From positions 32,001 through 96,000 of the forward strand of contig JBDRLL010000006.1 in assembly GCA_043813075.1 (NCBI GenBank): a stretch of 64,000 nt of DNA, in the 5' to 3' direction. This document shows positions 40,444 through 54,617 of the stretch, in pieces; positions within the stretch are counted from its first letter, which is position 1; each line of letters begins with the position of its first letter. A model generated the notes under the pieces. It had not been told where the DNA came from and searched no databases. It saw nothing but the letters and a program-made list of their open reading frames with translations. Both the position numbers and the translations under genes were made by a program. Origin of the DNA: Candidatus Altiarchaeota archaeon. Lineage in GTDB: Archaea; Altiarchaeota; Altiarchaeia; IMC4; SCGC-AAA252-I15.

Positions 40444-41012
40444 GCTATCTTTTCCTTGCAGTTGTCGCGCATAGGCTTCTTGACTATCTTATCGCAGACG
40501 CTGGCGTCCTTTGTGTTGAGTGCTATCCCAAAGTAACATGATTCCCTGGCCTGGCTCTCGAGTTTCCCGCACGCCCCCGTATCCCCGCTGGCGACAGCCT
40601 TAACGCTCTTAATCATCTCTGGGCATAGTTCCCTAAGCTTTTGGTCGCCTATCTTCTTGCACGTCGTTTCATCTGTCTTGTTGACGGCTATCCGGTAGTA
40701 GCAGATGTCTCGGACAGTCTTTGTCTGTATTCCGTCACACGCCCGGACGTTGTTAAGTCTGACTGCAACATCCCTTATGCAAACGTCCTTAAGCTTTTCG
40801 CTCTCAATTGTGTCGCAAGCCTTCAGATCCTTACCGCCCCTCACATCCCTGAAGTCCGCCAGGTCCTCTGAGATTTGAGGCGATCTTGAAGGCCTCTTCT
40901 GGACGTTTGATTTTTTGACGGTGGTCTTGCTCGTGTCAGTAGTGTTTTCCGCGACGCACCCGAGGAATAAACAGAATACCGTGAGTAGTGCGATTGATGT
41001 AAGATATCTCAT
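40440..41012 (-). CDS. Lipoprotein with Cys-pair helical repeats
   Basis: Lipobox 'LFLGC'; five C-x2-I/L-x~7-C repeats. Confidence 0.7.
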   Translation of the reverse strand: MRYLTSIALLTVFCLFLGCVAENTTDTSKTTVKKSNVQKRPSRSPQISEDLADFRDVRGGKDLKACDTIESEKLKDVCIRDVAVRLNNVRACDGIQTKTVRDICYYRIAVNKTDETTCKKIGDQKLRELCPEMIKSVKAVASGDTGACGKLESQARESCYFGIALNTKDASVCDKIVKKPMRDNCKEKIA

Positions 41013-41061
41013 GATAATAAAAATTATAATCAGGGTTTATAAACAGAGTTAAGGGGGGTTT

Positions 41062-41343
41062 GCAGTGGCGTTTAGCCCGTCTTGTGTAAGCCTTTTCACC
41101 CGCAATGCGGGTATTGGCTTTTGGCTCATTCTTCTAATCCCATTCAAGATGGTTTCACCAGGCATGGTGTGCCGCTCGTCTCAAACGTCCAGCATGCAAC
41201 TCCGTAATCACTTCACTGTTAGCGCACACTGGATTCTCGTCTCTTCAACGCCACACGGGGACTCTCGCCCCCATCATGCCGTAGCTGGTGGACGGAACTT
41301 CCTCATTCCCTTTTTGGAGGTATGGTAGAGCCTACGCCACTAC
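41062..41343 (-). ncRNA. rnpB: RNase P RNA (compact, type M-like)
   Basis: Minus strand has GAGGAAGTTCCGTCCACC and ACACAAGACGGGCT (the P4 halves), terminal P1 GTAGTGGCG/CGCCACTGC, and P7 GGCATG/CATGCC. Confidence 0.88.
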
Positions 41344-41416
41344 GGTTTAATATCCAGTATGCTGTAAATAAAAATGCTTTTAACGAGCAGGAGTATTGTT
41401 ATTAGGGGATTTTATC

Positions 41417-41620
41417 ATGTGTCTTGCGGTTCCGGTGAAGGTTTCTAGCGTGGATGGTTGCTGGGGCATTGTCTCGGCGGGAGGAGTTGGCAAGAGGGTT
41501 AGGGTAGATTTGGTTGACGTGAAGCTAGGAGACTATGTCCTCGTTCACGCAGGGTTTGCGATATCCGTCTTGAAGGAGAAGGATGCGTTGGAGACTCTCA
41601 GGATACTGGGGGAGCTGTGA
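41417..41620 (+). CDS. hypC: Hydrogenase maturation chaperone HypC
   Basis: 'MCLAVP', 'GDYVLVHAGFAI'. Confidence 0.95.
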   Translation: MCLAVPVKVSSVDGCWGIVSAGGVGKRVRVDLVDVKLGDYVLVHAGFAISVLKEKDALETLRILGEL

Positions 41621-42648
41621 TGGACGAGAAAACCGCTGTCAATAGGATACTGGGGAGAATACTTGACGAGGCATCCGGACTGGATAGGAGGGTTAGGATA
41701 ATGGAGGTGTGTGGGACGCACACCATGGTCATAACAAGTAGCGGGCTGAGAAGCCTGCTTCCAGAGGGTGTTGAACTAATATCAGGCCCAGGGTGTCCTG
41801 CATGCGTTACACCACAGAGGACAGTCAACCAAGCTGTCGCCCTCGCTATGGAAGGGCTTTCGCTGGCAACTTTCGGTGACATGCTGGATGTGCCATGCCC
41901 CAATGGTTCTCTGGCTGGCGCGAAGGCTGGTGGCGCTGACGTTAATGTCGTTGAAAGCCCGATTGACGCCTTAGGGTATGACGTTTTTTTCGCTATCGGA
42001 TTCGACACTACAGCCCCTAACACTGCAGTGGCTGTTGGGGAGGGGCTTACCGTATTGAACGCCCACAAGAGGTTCTTGCCGGCCATGAAGGCGTTACTCG
42101 AATCTGGGGAGGTGGGTGTAGACGGTTTCATCAATCCAGGTCATGTGTCCACGATAGTCGGCTCTGACGCATACGGAATCCTGGATGTGCCACAGGTTGT
42201 GGCTGGATTCACTCCACTAGACGTGTTGGAGGCGGTTTTGATGCTTTTGAGGCAGATTAACAGGGGTGAGAGGAGGGTTGAGAACGAGTATTCGCGGGCG
42301 GTTGAGCCTGAAGGCAACCTGCGCGCCCAGAAGGTCCTGGACAGCGTGTTCTATACGGGTGATTCAGAGTGGAGAGGTCTTGGGGTTATACCAGACTCAG
42401 GATTCCTGCTGAGGAAGAGGTATGCGCAGCAGGATGCGGAAGTGGCATACGGGAGGACGCTGGAGAAAACACCCAATGTAGTGCCTAACAGGGGTTGTGT
42501 CTGCGGTGAAGTCCTGAGGGGCGTCATAGGCCCCCGCAAATGCAGGCTGTTCGGGAGGGATTGCACTCCTTCAGAACCGCAGGGGCCTTGCATGGTTTCT
42601 TCGGAGGGTTCCTGCAGGATTGAATACGAGTACGGTGATCTGTTTTGA
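41617..42648 (+). CDS. hypD: Hydrogenase maturation protein HypD
   Basis: 'MEVCGTHT', 'GPGCPAC', 'PGHVS', 'GPCMVSSEGSC'. Confidence 0.95.
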   Translation: MMDEKTAVNRILGRILDEASGLDRRVRIMEVCGTHTMVITSSGLRSLLPEGVELISGPGCPACVTPQRTVNQAVALAMEGLSLATFGDMLDVPCPNGSLAGAKAGGADVNVVESPIDALGYDVFFAIGFDTTAPNTAVAVGEGLTVLNAHKRFLPAMKALLESGEVGVDGFINPGHVSTIVGSDAYGILDVPQVVAGFTPLDVLEAVLMLLRQINRGERRVENEYSRAVEPEGNLRAQKVLDSVFYTGDSEWRGLGVIPDSGFLLRKRYAQQDAEVAYGRTLEKTPNVVPNRGCVCGEVLRGVIGPRKCRLFGRDCTPSEPQGPCMVSSEGSCRIEYEYGDLF

Positions 42649-43616
42649 TAATGCTTAAGCATGGTGCGGGCGGGGAGAGCATGAACAAGCTCATCGATGG
42701 CATGCGGGATAGAATGCCTGACGGCGGATGGATGGGAGTTAGGAAAGACTCCGCGTATGTGAAACACGGTAAATGCTACCTGGCTTACACTACTGACTCG
42801 TTCACGGTGAAGCCGTTGTTCTTCCCTGGAGGGGATATAGGCAAGCTGGCTGTCGCGGGGACGGTTAACGACCTGGCTGTGATGGGCGCAGACCCCATCG
42901 CATTGTCTCTGGCAGTCATAGTTGAGGAGGGTTTCCCTTGTGAAGAGTTGGGTAGGATAATAACCTCTGTTGGGAAGGAAGCGAGGAAGACTGGGGTTCC
43001 TGTGGTGACCGGCGACACCAAGGTAATGGGTCGCGGGGAGCTGGATGGGATATTACTGAATACTTCAGGCATAGGTAAGGCGAACACCATATTGGACGGG
43101 AAGATTGCGAGGGGTGACGTCATAATCGTCTCAGCCCCAGTGGGAGAACATGAAGCAAGCCTGCTTGCATCAAGGTTCAACTACAAGACGGGTTTGAAGA
43201 GCGACTGCAAGTCTCTCCTGGACGAGATGAGGGCTGTGAGGGGAATAGTGAAGACCGCTAAAGACCCGACGAGGGGGGGCCTAGTTTCCGCGCTAAACGA
43301 CATCGCAGTTCAAAACAATGCAGTGTTAAGACTCAATGAGGAGAGAATCCCTGTAAGGAAGCCTACCAAAGCGATAGCGGAATTCCTTGGAGTAAGCCCG
43401 ATTCACATGGCCTGTGAGGGCGTGTTCACGTGTGTAGCAAGAAAAAAGGATGCTGACAGGGTTGTTGAAATACTCAGGGAGTACAATCCAAGAGCGTCTG
43501 TCATAGGCACTGTAGAGGATGTGGGTTCCAGTCATGGACTTGTCATGGAGACGAGCATAGGGGGTTTAAGGAGGATAAAACCTTCCGACGGCACGCTTAA
43601 CCCAAGGATATGCTAG
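42645..43616 (+). CDS. hypE: Carbamoyl dehydratase HypE
   Basis: 'HGAGG', 'GTVNDLA', 'DPTRGG', C-terminal 'PRIC'. Confidence 0.95.
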   Translation: MIMLKHGAGGESMNKLIDGMRDRMPDGGWMGVRKDSAYVKHGKCYLAYTTDSFTVKPLFFPGGDIGKLAVAGTVNDLAVMGADPIALSLAVIVEEGFPCEELGRIITSVGKEARKTGVPVVTGDTKVMGRGELDGILLNTSGIGKANTILDGKIARGDVIIVSAPVGEHEASLLASRFNYKTGLKSDCKSLLDEMRAVRGIVKTAKDPTRGGLVSALNDIAVQNNAVLRLNEERIPVRKPTKAIAEFLGVSPIHMACEGVFTCVARKKDADRVVEILREYNPRASVIGTVEDVGSSHGLVMETSIGGLRRIKPSDGTLNPRIC

Positions 43617-43649
43617 GTTCTTATTGTACGCGTCAAATAATATGCTAAC

Positions 43650-44645
43650 ATGAACCTTATTATCACAGGCGGTAATTCAGGCCTATTCAACGAACTGAAG
43701 CTGTTTGTGACTAGCCTCCGGGAGAACGGCAGGTATGAGGACAGGATAGTGGTGTGCGACAACTCCATTGAAGGAGAGTATGGGGGCCAGTGCAGTTTCG
43801 TGGAGGAGGCCACTTTCTCAAAGGAGCAGCTCGATTTCTTCAGGGAGCATGAGGTTGAGGTGGTAGTATTCCACGAGCTACTGAAGAAACACGGGGTGAC
43901 GCGCGACATGATCGACCCCATCCAGAACATGCACAGGGCCTATCCGTTTAAACTCGTTTATTCCTGCCTCATTTCGAAGGAGTATTTAGGCAGGGCTGAG
44001 AATACGTGTTTTTTTGACGCGGACGTTTATTTCCAGAAGCAGGTTAAGGAAGTGCTGGATGACATAAAGGATGATGTTATTTACGTGGCGCGTGAAAGAA
44101 AGAAGATAGGCGAGGTTGACTTGCTCGTTAAGTGGATGAGGGTGACTGACCTGTCTTTCGGAATTCCGAGAGAGCACTACGAGGACGTGATATTCAATAG
44201 GAAAACCAGCCTCAACACCGGATTCATCGGCGGTAGGACGGAGGTGTTCAACTCGCTGATGATTACTGCGTGGATAATGGCTTCGAGCAGGATAGTGAGG
44301 TTCCACAGTGACCAGCCAATAGTCAACTACATGGACTACCTGAACTACCCAATCAAGCCGATACCAGCAAGCCACTTCCTTAACCTCTGCGACATACCAG
44401 AGAAGAACATCAAGTTTGACGAATCAACGAGGATGTTCAGACACAAGTCTGATACCCCGAACATAGTTCACTTCAACGGTGAAAACAAGTACATGATCAA
44501 CCTGCTTGTGCCAGACAACGTCAAGATTGAGGGGCCTTTATTCAACATTCTTAAGGGATTCCTGGGTGTGAGGAGCACCATGAGGGTATACAAGTTCTTG
44601 TATAAACTAGGGTACATGAGGCTAGCATCCAGCATGCATAAATAA
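43650..44645 (+). CDS. GT-A fold glycosyltransferase (GT8-like)
   Basis: 'FFDADV', 'LNTGFIGG', 'DQPIVN', 'VHFNG'. Confidence 0.65.
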   Translation: MNLIITGGNSGLFNELKLFVTSLRENGRYEDRIVVCDNSIEGEYGGQCSFVEEATFSKEQLDFFREHEVEVVVFHELLKKHGVTRDMIDPIQNMHRAYPFKLVYSCLISKEYLGRAENTCFFDADVYFQKQVKEVLDDIKDDVIYVARERKKIGEVDLLVKWMRVTDLSFGIPREHYEDVIFNRKTSLNTGFIGGRTEVFNSLMITAWIMASSRIVRFHSDQPIVNYMDYLNYPIKPIPASHFLNLCDIPEKNIKFDESTRMFRHKSDTPNIVHFNGENKYMINLLVPDNVKIEGPLFNILKGFLGVRSTMRVYKFLYKLGYMRLASSMHK

Positions 44646-44649
44646 AGGA

Positions 44650-46818
44650 CTAGTCGCAGAAGATGCTATCGTATGCGGCCTGGCCGAATGACAATCCCCC
44701 GTCGCCGCATGGGACTTTCGTGTTGACTAAAACACCGTTACGCAACATCCTGCCGGTGATGATAGAGTTGTACGCTACGCCACCAGAGTAGACTATCTGC
44801 CTGCCGCCACCCACTTCGCACGCGAGACCGTGCAGTCCTTCAGCCAGGTAGCTGTGTGCTGTGGCTGCAAGCCGCCCCTTATCCCTCTCCAAGTGCGAGT
44901 GAATGTATTCAACGAGTGGCGTTGTCTTTAAGACAGTCAACCCATGGTCTGAACCGTATTCCGGACGTATTTTATAGGGTTTGGAGCTTCTTGCTATGGA
45001 TTCTAGAAGCATGGGGTGCTGTCCTCTGTAGGCGCTTTCGTGCGCGAAGCCGAGGAGGACTGCTATTGCGTCTAGGAGTCTCCCAGTGCTCGTGGTCTCA
45101 ACTAGATTGTATTCCTCCTCCACCTGCTTGGACCATACGCGCACTTCGTCTTCTGAGAACAGACCGGACTTCAAGAGGCAGTCCTCGTCCATGAATTTGT
45201 TCATTATCGAGAACAGCATTCTAACAGGCTTTCTGGCCGCATAGTCTCCGCCAAGCAGGATTTGAGGTTCTAGAGACCCCTCCCTCCGGTTGTTAACAAA
45301 GATTTCCCCGCCCCATGCCTTACCATCCTCACCGTAGCCGTAGCCGTCGCACGCTATGCCCACAAAATCAGACAGATTGTTCTCAGCGGCAACCGAACAC
45401 ACGTGAGCGAGGTGGTGCTGCACCCTAACCAGCTCGGCCGAGTACTCGGAAGCCAGTTGTTCCCCGTATTCTGTCGTCATGAAGTCAGGGTGCATGTCGC
45501 ACAGTATCCTCCTGGGAGCCACCCCAGTATACTTTATATAGTCTAACACAGTCTTCCGCATGTAATCGAATGTCCGCATGTTACCCACACTACCCACATA
45601 CTGTGAAACATACGCCTTGCCGCCAGTAGTGACGGTTATAGTGTTCTCCCATTCTCCGCCAAGCGCAAGAACGCCATCCGACTCAAGTGGGATGGTCTTT
45701 GGGACATAACCCCTCGACCTCCTTAAGAAAAGCATTTCACCGGCCACCATCTTGACCACAGAGTCATCACACCTGTTGGCTATCCTGCGGCCATGCGTCA
45801 GGACGTAATCACAATAACCACCCACATCCTCCTCAGCTGTCGAGACCGGCTCGTCGGGAATGTTTGCTGAAGTCATCACAACAGGCTTCCCGACCATATC
45901 CAACAGTAATGCGTGGAGTGCCGTGTAGGGTAGCATGATTCCGAGAGAATCCAGCTCTGAAACATGCCTCAACCGGCCTGGCCTTTTCTTAACTGCAAGG
46001 ACTATGGGCGCGTGAAAGGACTTTAGTGCCCGCCCCTCCGCCGTACTTAGCTTGCAGTACTCTCTCGCAGCCCTAACGTCAGGCATCATTACAGCATAAG
46101 GTTTCCGTGTCCTGCCGGTGAACTCCCTGAGCCTGCCCACCGCCTTTCTTGTAGTGATGCATGACAGGTGGAATCCACCATTACCCTTGACTGCCACGAC
46201 CATACCCTCCTGAATAAGCCGGGAAGACTCCCTGACGGCATCCAATCCCTCAGCAATGACTTTGCCGCGGCTCTTCAACGCCAGGGGGGGACCGCATACC
46301 GGACAAGCTATCGTCTGCGCGTGGTATCTCCGGTCAACCGGGTCAGCATACTCCACCCTGCATGACTCGCACATTTCATAATCCCGCATGGTGGTCGTAG
46401 GACGGTCGTATGGCCTGGAGAAGTCCTCTATCATAGAGTATCTTGGGCCGCAGTTGGTGCATGTCGTGTAATAGTAGTTGAACCTCCGGTCCTTCTTGTC
46501 CCTTAACTCATTCAGGCAGTCCTCGCAGACCGAAACATCCGGTGGCACTAGGACTTTCATAGAACCTCCACCACTCTCTGCAATCTTGAATCCGGAGTAG
46601 CTGCCGCCAACACGCTCAACATTAACTTCACGTATTTCAGAGAGCGGTGGAGCGTAATCAAATACCTTGACGAAGTCCTTGTCGTCGACTATCACCTCAA
46701 CACCATCCCCGATGTTTCGTACGATGCCGTTAAGACCCCTATCGACAGCCTCCCTATAGATGAACGGCCTGAAGCCGACACCCTGCACCACCCCCCTGAC
46801 GATTATACGGTAGAACAC
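44650..46818 (-). CDS. hypF: Carbamoyltransferase HypF
   Basis: 'VQGVGFRPF', zinc fingers 'CTNCGPRY' and 'CPVCGP', 'RRSRGY', 'QHHLAH', 'GDGGLSFGQ'. Confidence 0.96.
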   Translation of the reverse strand: MFYRIIVRGVVQGVGFRPFIYREAVDRGLNGIVRNIGDGVEVIVDDKDFVKVFDYAPPLSEIREVNVERVGGSYSGFKIAESGGGSMKVLVPPDVSVCEDCLNELRDKKDRRFNYYYTTCTNCGPRYSMIEDFSRPYDRPTTTMRDYEMCESCRVEYADPVDRRYHAQTIACPVCGPPLALKSRGKVIAEGLDAVRESSRLIQEGMVVAVKGNGGFHLSCITTRKAVGRLREFTGRTRKPYAVMMPDVRAAREYCKLSTAEGRALKSFHAPIVLAVKKRPGRLRHVSELDSLGIMLPYTALHALLLDMVGKPVVMTSANIPDEPVSTAEEDVGGYCDYVLTHGRRIANRCDDSVVKMVAGEMLFLRRSRGYVPKTIPLESDGVLALGGEWENTITVTTGGKAYVSQYVGSVGNMRTFDYMRKTVLDYIKYTGVAPRRILCDMHPDFMTTEYGEQLASEYSAELVRVQHHLAHVCSVAAENNLSDFVGIACDGYGYGEDGKAWGGEIFVNNRREGSLEPQILLGGDYAARKPVRMLFSIMNKFMDEDCLLKSGLFSEDEVRVWSKQVEEEYNLVETTSTGRLLDAIAVLLGFAHESAYRGQHPMLLESIARSSKPYKIRPEYGSDHGLTVLKTTPLVEYIHSHLERDKGRLAATAHSYLAEGLHGLACEVGGGRQIVYSGGVAYNSIITGRMLRNGVLVNTKVPCGDGGLSFGQAAYDSIFCD

Positions 46819-46853
46819 GATAAAGAGTTAGTAGTGGATTCAAAAATAGACCA

Positions 46854-47873
46854 TCAACTGCCGTGCTGTATCAAATCCCGTTTCCTCGTGAAACGGGATT
46901 CTATGTCGCGCGCCAGCCTTGTTCTCCTCCCCTCATCAGCCACCGCGATCTGCAGGAGCTGCTCGCTCATCCTGTCGAGGGAAGAGGGAAAATCAGCCAG
47001 CGGAAGCCTGTCGAACACCGACTCAAGTATAACAGAATTATCAGGCCTTTCAGCGGATGCGATGGCAGGCCCTGTAGCGTGCTCCCTCACCCTCTGCGCT
47101 AGCTTGAGTATGTGGTCCTCACGCTGCGTGAATGCTGTAGTATAGTCTACAGAGTATTCGTGGGGGTACCTGGCAATCTCATGCCTGCGGTCCGCCCCAA
47201 CACAAGGATAGAACCTGCCGTCTACACTGTATCCGTGATCATCACTCTGCCGCATGTGGGAGATTATCCCAGCGGCAAGGAATATGTCTATGGAAGAAAG
47301 CCCCAAAGCCCTGACTTCAGGCCTCTTTGACAGCCCTATGGAATGGAGTATAGCCGTCTTTGTCCCGCCCCCGCCGTAACCACTAGAGAAAAGACCTAGA
47401 TCGTTGGCTGTCTGACTGTTGGACAATCCAGCCATAGAACCGATCAAGCGAATCAGCAGCAAGTCAGAACCGTCTAACTCGCTTACAACATCACCCATCC
47501 GAGAGTCATTCAGTATAAACCCCAGAGCCGTCTTGAACTTGAAGTCCCATGGCGCAACACCCTGCTCCCTGGCAGTGCATATGCCGCCAGCCAGCTCAAA
47601 TACGTCAGCCAGTTTTCCGACCTCAACAAGGCTACTGCACTTACCCAATACTGTTATGCCCTTTGAAGCATGCTGGTGCAATACCGGCCTCCCCAGAGCA
47701 TCGGATATCCTCTTCGACAATGCCTTCGATGACGCAGCATCCCCGCTGGAAGACCCTGCAATACGAAGCACAGACTCTTCTATCTGCCTTGCAGTCAGAC
47801 CACCAAGATCCCTAGGCTGACCAACCGAGGCAGTCTCCCGGACAATATCCCTGAATGCAGTCGCAGAGGCCAT
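46854..47873 (-). CDS. Hypothetical protein
   Basis: 339-aa ORF filling the gap; no recognised motif. Confidence 0.55.
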   Translation of the reverse strand: MASATAFRDIVRETASVGQPRDLGGLTARQIEESVLRIAGSSSGDAASSKALSKRISDALGRPVLHQHASKGITVLGKCSSLVEVGKLADVFELAGGICTAREQGVAPWDFKFKTALGFILNDSRMGDVVSELDGSDLLLIRLIGSMAGLSNSQTANDLGLFSSGYGGGGTKTAILHSIGLSKRPEVRALGLSSIDIFLAAGIISHMRQSDDHGYSVDGRFYPCVGADRRHEIARYPHEYSVDYTTAFTQREDHILKLAQRVREHATGPAIASAERPDNSVILESVFDRLPLADFPSSLDRMSEQLLQIAVADEGRRTRLARDIESRFTRKRDLIQHGS

Positions 47874-47947
47874 TACATAGATTAGGGTAGGACATGGAAA
47901 AAAGCTTATATTAAAACAGGATATCTTATAGTAAGGAAGGCTTCAAG

Positions 47948-49351
47948 ATGGAGTGGAGGAGATATTCTTTATTTATCGCAGGAATCCTGCTGATTTCAGG
48001 ATGCGTGCGGGAAGAAGTCAAGATTGAAAAACCTGGCTGCACCAACTGCAACGTCATACTCGTGACCTTCGACGCCCTGAGGGCAGACCACCTGGGAGCC
48101 TACGGATACGACAAGCCGACAAGCCCAACGATAGATGCACTCGCCAAAAAATCGTTCATCTTCACCAACTCGTTCAGCCAGTGCGGGTCAACATCCTGCT
48201 CGATACCGTCAATACACACGTCCAAATTCCCGCAGACAGACAACATACTCTCCGACGGCCTGACACCCAAGGAAGAGGAGACGACGCTGGCAGAAATCCT
48301 CAAGAAGAACGGGTACAATACTTACGCCGTCGTTGCCGTGAACCTCGCTAAGTCAGAGTACGGCTCATCCCAGGGCTTCGACGTGTTCGACGACAGATAC
48401 GATGACCCTGAAATAGGGAACGAAACCAGGGAAAGAGTCATCAATATGCTCGGAGAGATAAGGGAAAACCTGGAAAAAGACGGGAAACCAGTGTTCCTAT
48501 GGATACACTTCCGAGAGCCCCACAGCCCCTACAACCCAGACATGAAGACATTCAAGGAATTCTACCACAACCCCGGCAACGAGCCCCTCGTATACGGGAT
48601 AGACGGGCCTAAAGCAGTCAAAGAAGAGGGTCTGGACGAGAGGTTCACGCCGATACTAGACTACTATGTGAGAGAGAAGAAGGAATCCCCCAGCGACTAC
48701 CTGATATTCGGGAAGAGACTGCCGCTGACGCCCACAATGTACAGGCAATACCAGGCAATGTACGACGGAAACATCAAGAAGATAGACAACGAGTTCAGGA
48801 TAGTCTTAGATCAAATTAAAGAATCAGGCCTCGATGAGGACACCATGATTATAGTGGGCAACGACCATGGTGAAAGCCTGGGCGAACACAACATATTCGA
48901 CCACAACAAACTATACTATGGAGTAGTCCACTCGCCCCTGATAGTACACCTACCGTCAGACAGGCACGAGACCATAGACTACCCTGTGATGAGCGTCGAC
49001 ATACTCCCCACAATACTCGAACTGGTGGGAATACAGGAGAAACCAGATATCAGGGGGCAGAACCTATTCAACCCTCGAGAAGAAGACTACATTCAGTTCG
49101 CGGAATACAAGGACATCAAGACCATAAAGAGGGGAGACTACAAACTGCTGATAGACACGTCAGTCATGATGGGAACACTATACAACATACGGGAAGACCC
49201 GGGTGAAACCAAGCCAGTGACAAAAGAGAACCTTGACACAGCAAAAAAACTGATAAAAGACCTGGAGGACATAAAGAAATCAGGCATACAATCCACTGAA
49301 GACCAAGTAGACACACTAGAAAGACTGAGAGAGATAGGATACGCGTACTAG
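47948..49351 (+). CDS. Sulfatase/alkaline-phosphatase superfamily lipoprotein
   Basis: Lipobox 'ISGC', 'NVILVTFDALRADHLG.YGY', 'PHSPY', 'DHGESLGEH', 'LYNI..DPGE', 'LREIGY'. Confidence 0.88.
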   Translation: MEWRRYSLFIAGILLISGCVREEVKIEKPGCTNCNVILVTFDALRADHLGAYGYDKPTSPTIDALAKKSFIFTNSFSQCGSTSCSIPSIHTSKFPQTDNILSDGLTPKEEETTLAEILKKNGYNTYAVVAVNLAKSEYGSSQGFDVFDDRYDDPEIGNETRERVINMLGEIRENLEKDGKPVFLWIHFREPHSPYNPDMKTFKEFYHNPGNEPLVYGIDGPKAVKEEGLDERFTPILDYYVREKKESPSDYLIFGKRLPLTPTMYRQYQAMYDGNIKKIDNEFRIVLDQIKESGLDEDTMIIVGNDHGESLGEHNIFDHNKLYYGVVHSPLIVHLPSDRHETIDYPVMSVDILPTILELVGIQEKPDIRGQNLFNPREEDYIQFAEYKDIKTIKRGDYKLLIDTSVMMGTLYNIREDPGETKPVTKENLDTAKKLIKDLEDIKKSGIQSTEDQVDTLERLREIGYAY

Positions 49352-49372
49352 AATAAAATAAAAATAGAAGTA

Positions 49373-49411
49373 TTGTACACGACATACGACTTGTCGCCAA
49401 AAAGCGTGCCA
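49373..49411 (-). other. 3' arm of the 23S rRNA processing stem (pairs with 52274-52311)
   Basis: Long inverted repeat flanking 23S with a central CGCC/GGCG helix and ACA bulge/loop (BHB/BHL-like). Confidence 0.8.
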
Positions 49412-49419
49412 AGATAAAT

Positions 49420-52272
<2,853 letters not shown>

Positions 52273-52432
52273 CTGACACGCTCTTTGTGGCGAGTCGTAT
52301 ATCGTGTACAACACTTCAGATAATTGATTCTGAAGCTTCCGTAAACCAGCGTGCGCCGGAATACTTCAATGTCGGAGTTCGATACTCCATTTCACTTTGA
52401 AAAAGTGAATATGATGTGTGACCCACGCCACA

Positions 52433-52490
52433 GAGCCATCGAGGCTTTAGCCGAAGATGGCTCACGCATGTAAACTGGGCGTGACAGTTT
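52433..52490. repeat. tRNA 3'-trailer double-hairpin element, copy 1
   Basis: gagccatc-ga-ggc-ttta-gcc-gaa-gatggctc-acgcatgt-aaactg-ggcgtga-cagttt; homologous to 55695-55751. Confidence 0.85.
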
Positions 52491-52643
52491 GGACCCGTCG
52501 GGATTCGAACCCGAGGCCTCCCGCGAACTTGAAGCCTTGTTCACTTTTTTCTTTCTTTTTTCGTGAACGTTTTTTCTTTCTTTCCTAAAGAAAGAAAAAG
52601 GTTCTTGCAAGGCGGGCGATCTACCGGTCTGATCTACAGGCCC
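52490..52643 (-). tRNA. tRNA-Ala(UGC) with an 80-nt intron at 37/38
   Basis: GGGCCTG...CCCGC CT TGC A|intron|C GCGGG...TCGGG TTCGAAT CCCGA CGGGTCC A; G3-U70 pair; located in the 16S-23S spacer. Confidence 0.95.
52526..52605 (-). other. BHB intron of tRNA-Ala containing a mirror/inverted Y-Y-R repeat
   Basis: Central helix CTTG/CAAG with bulges CA|A and TT|C. Confidence 0.9.
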
Positions 52644-52682
52644 GGAATTGGAACCCACGTTGAGTTCGATTTTTATTTTTTT

Positions 52683-52716
52683 ACGACATCCAGTTTAAGC
52701 CCTTTATTGTGAAACC
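52683..52716 (-). other. 3' arm of the 16S processing stem (pairs with 54239-54272), canonical BHB
   Basis: GACAUUCAGU GGCU AAA CUUUAUUGUGAAACC pairs with GGUUUCACAAUAAAG GGCU UAA ACUGGAUGUC. Confidence 0.85.
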
Positions 52717-52728
52717 GTTGTTGTACTT

Positions 52729-54211
<1,483 letters not shown>

Positions 54212-54617
54212 TGGGTGGTCACAAAGTGGAATTGGTGTGGTTTCACAATAAAGTTTAGCCACTGAATGTCGTCTTAGTCAGGCGGCATCCGTGCGGTTGT
54301 CGCCCCCATTTGATGGCCTACACTACTCTTGATTTGACTAGCGGTAGCGTGTTATCGGGCTAACGCGTCTTTGCCAAAGCATTCGTTGTGAGGCGTTTCC
54401 AGATCCGATACTTTCCCCTTGAAATGGGGGTTATCTCACATCCTGGAAAAATAATCGTGCGCAATAGAATTCGCGCGGACAATATATAGGTAAAGATTAT
54501 TTAAAAGCACGCTGATTCCCGGAGGGAACCGGTATATTGTAGGGGTATTACAGGATAAAAAACAAAAAAAAACAATAACTTATATTATATAAGTATATCT
54601 TATATTATATTGGAATT

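Noticed and set aside
41065-41328. 87-aa ORF
   Set aside because: Antisense to RNase P RNA.
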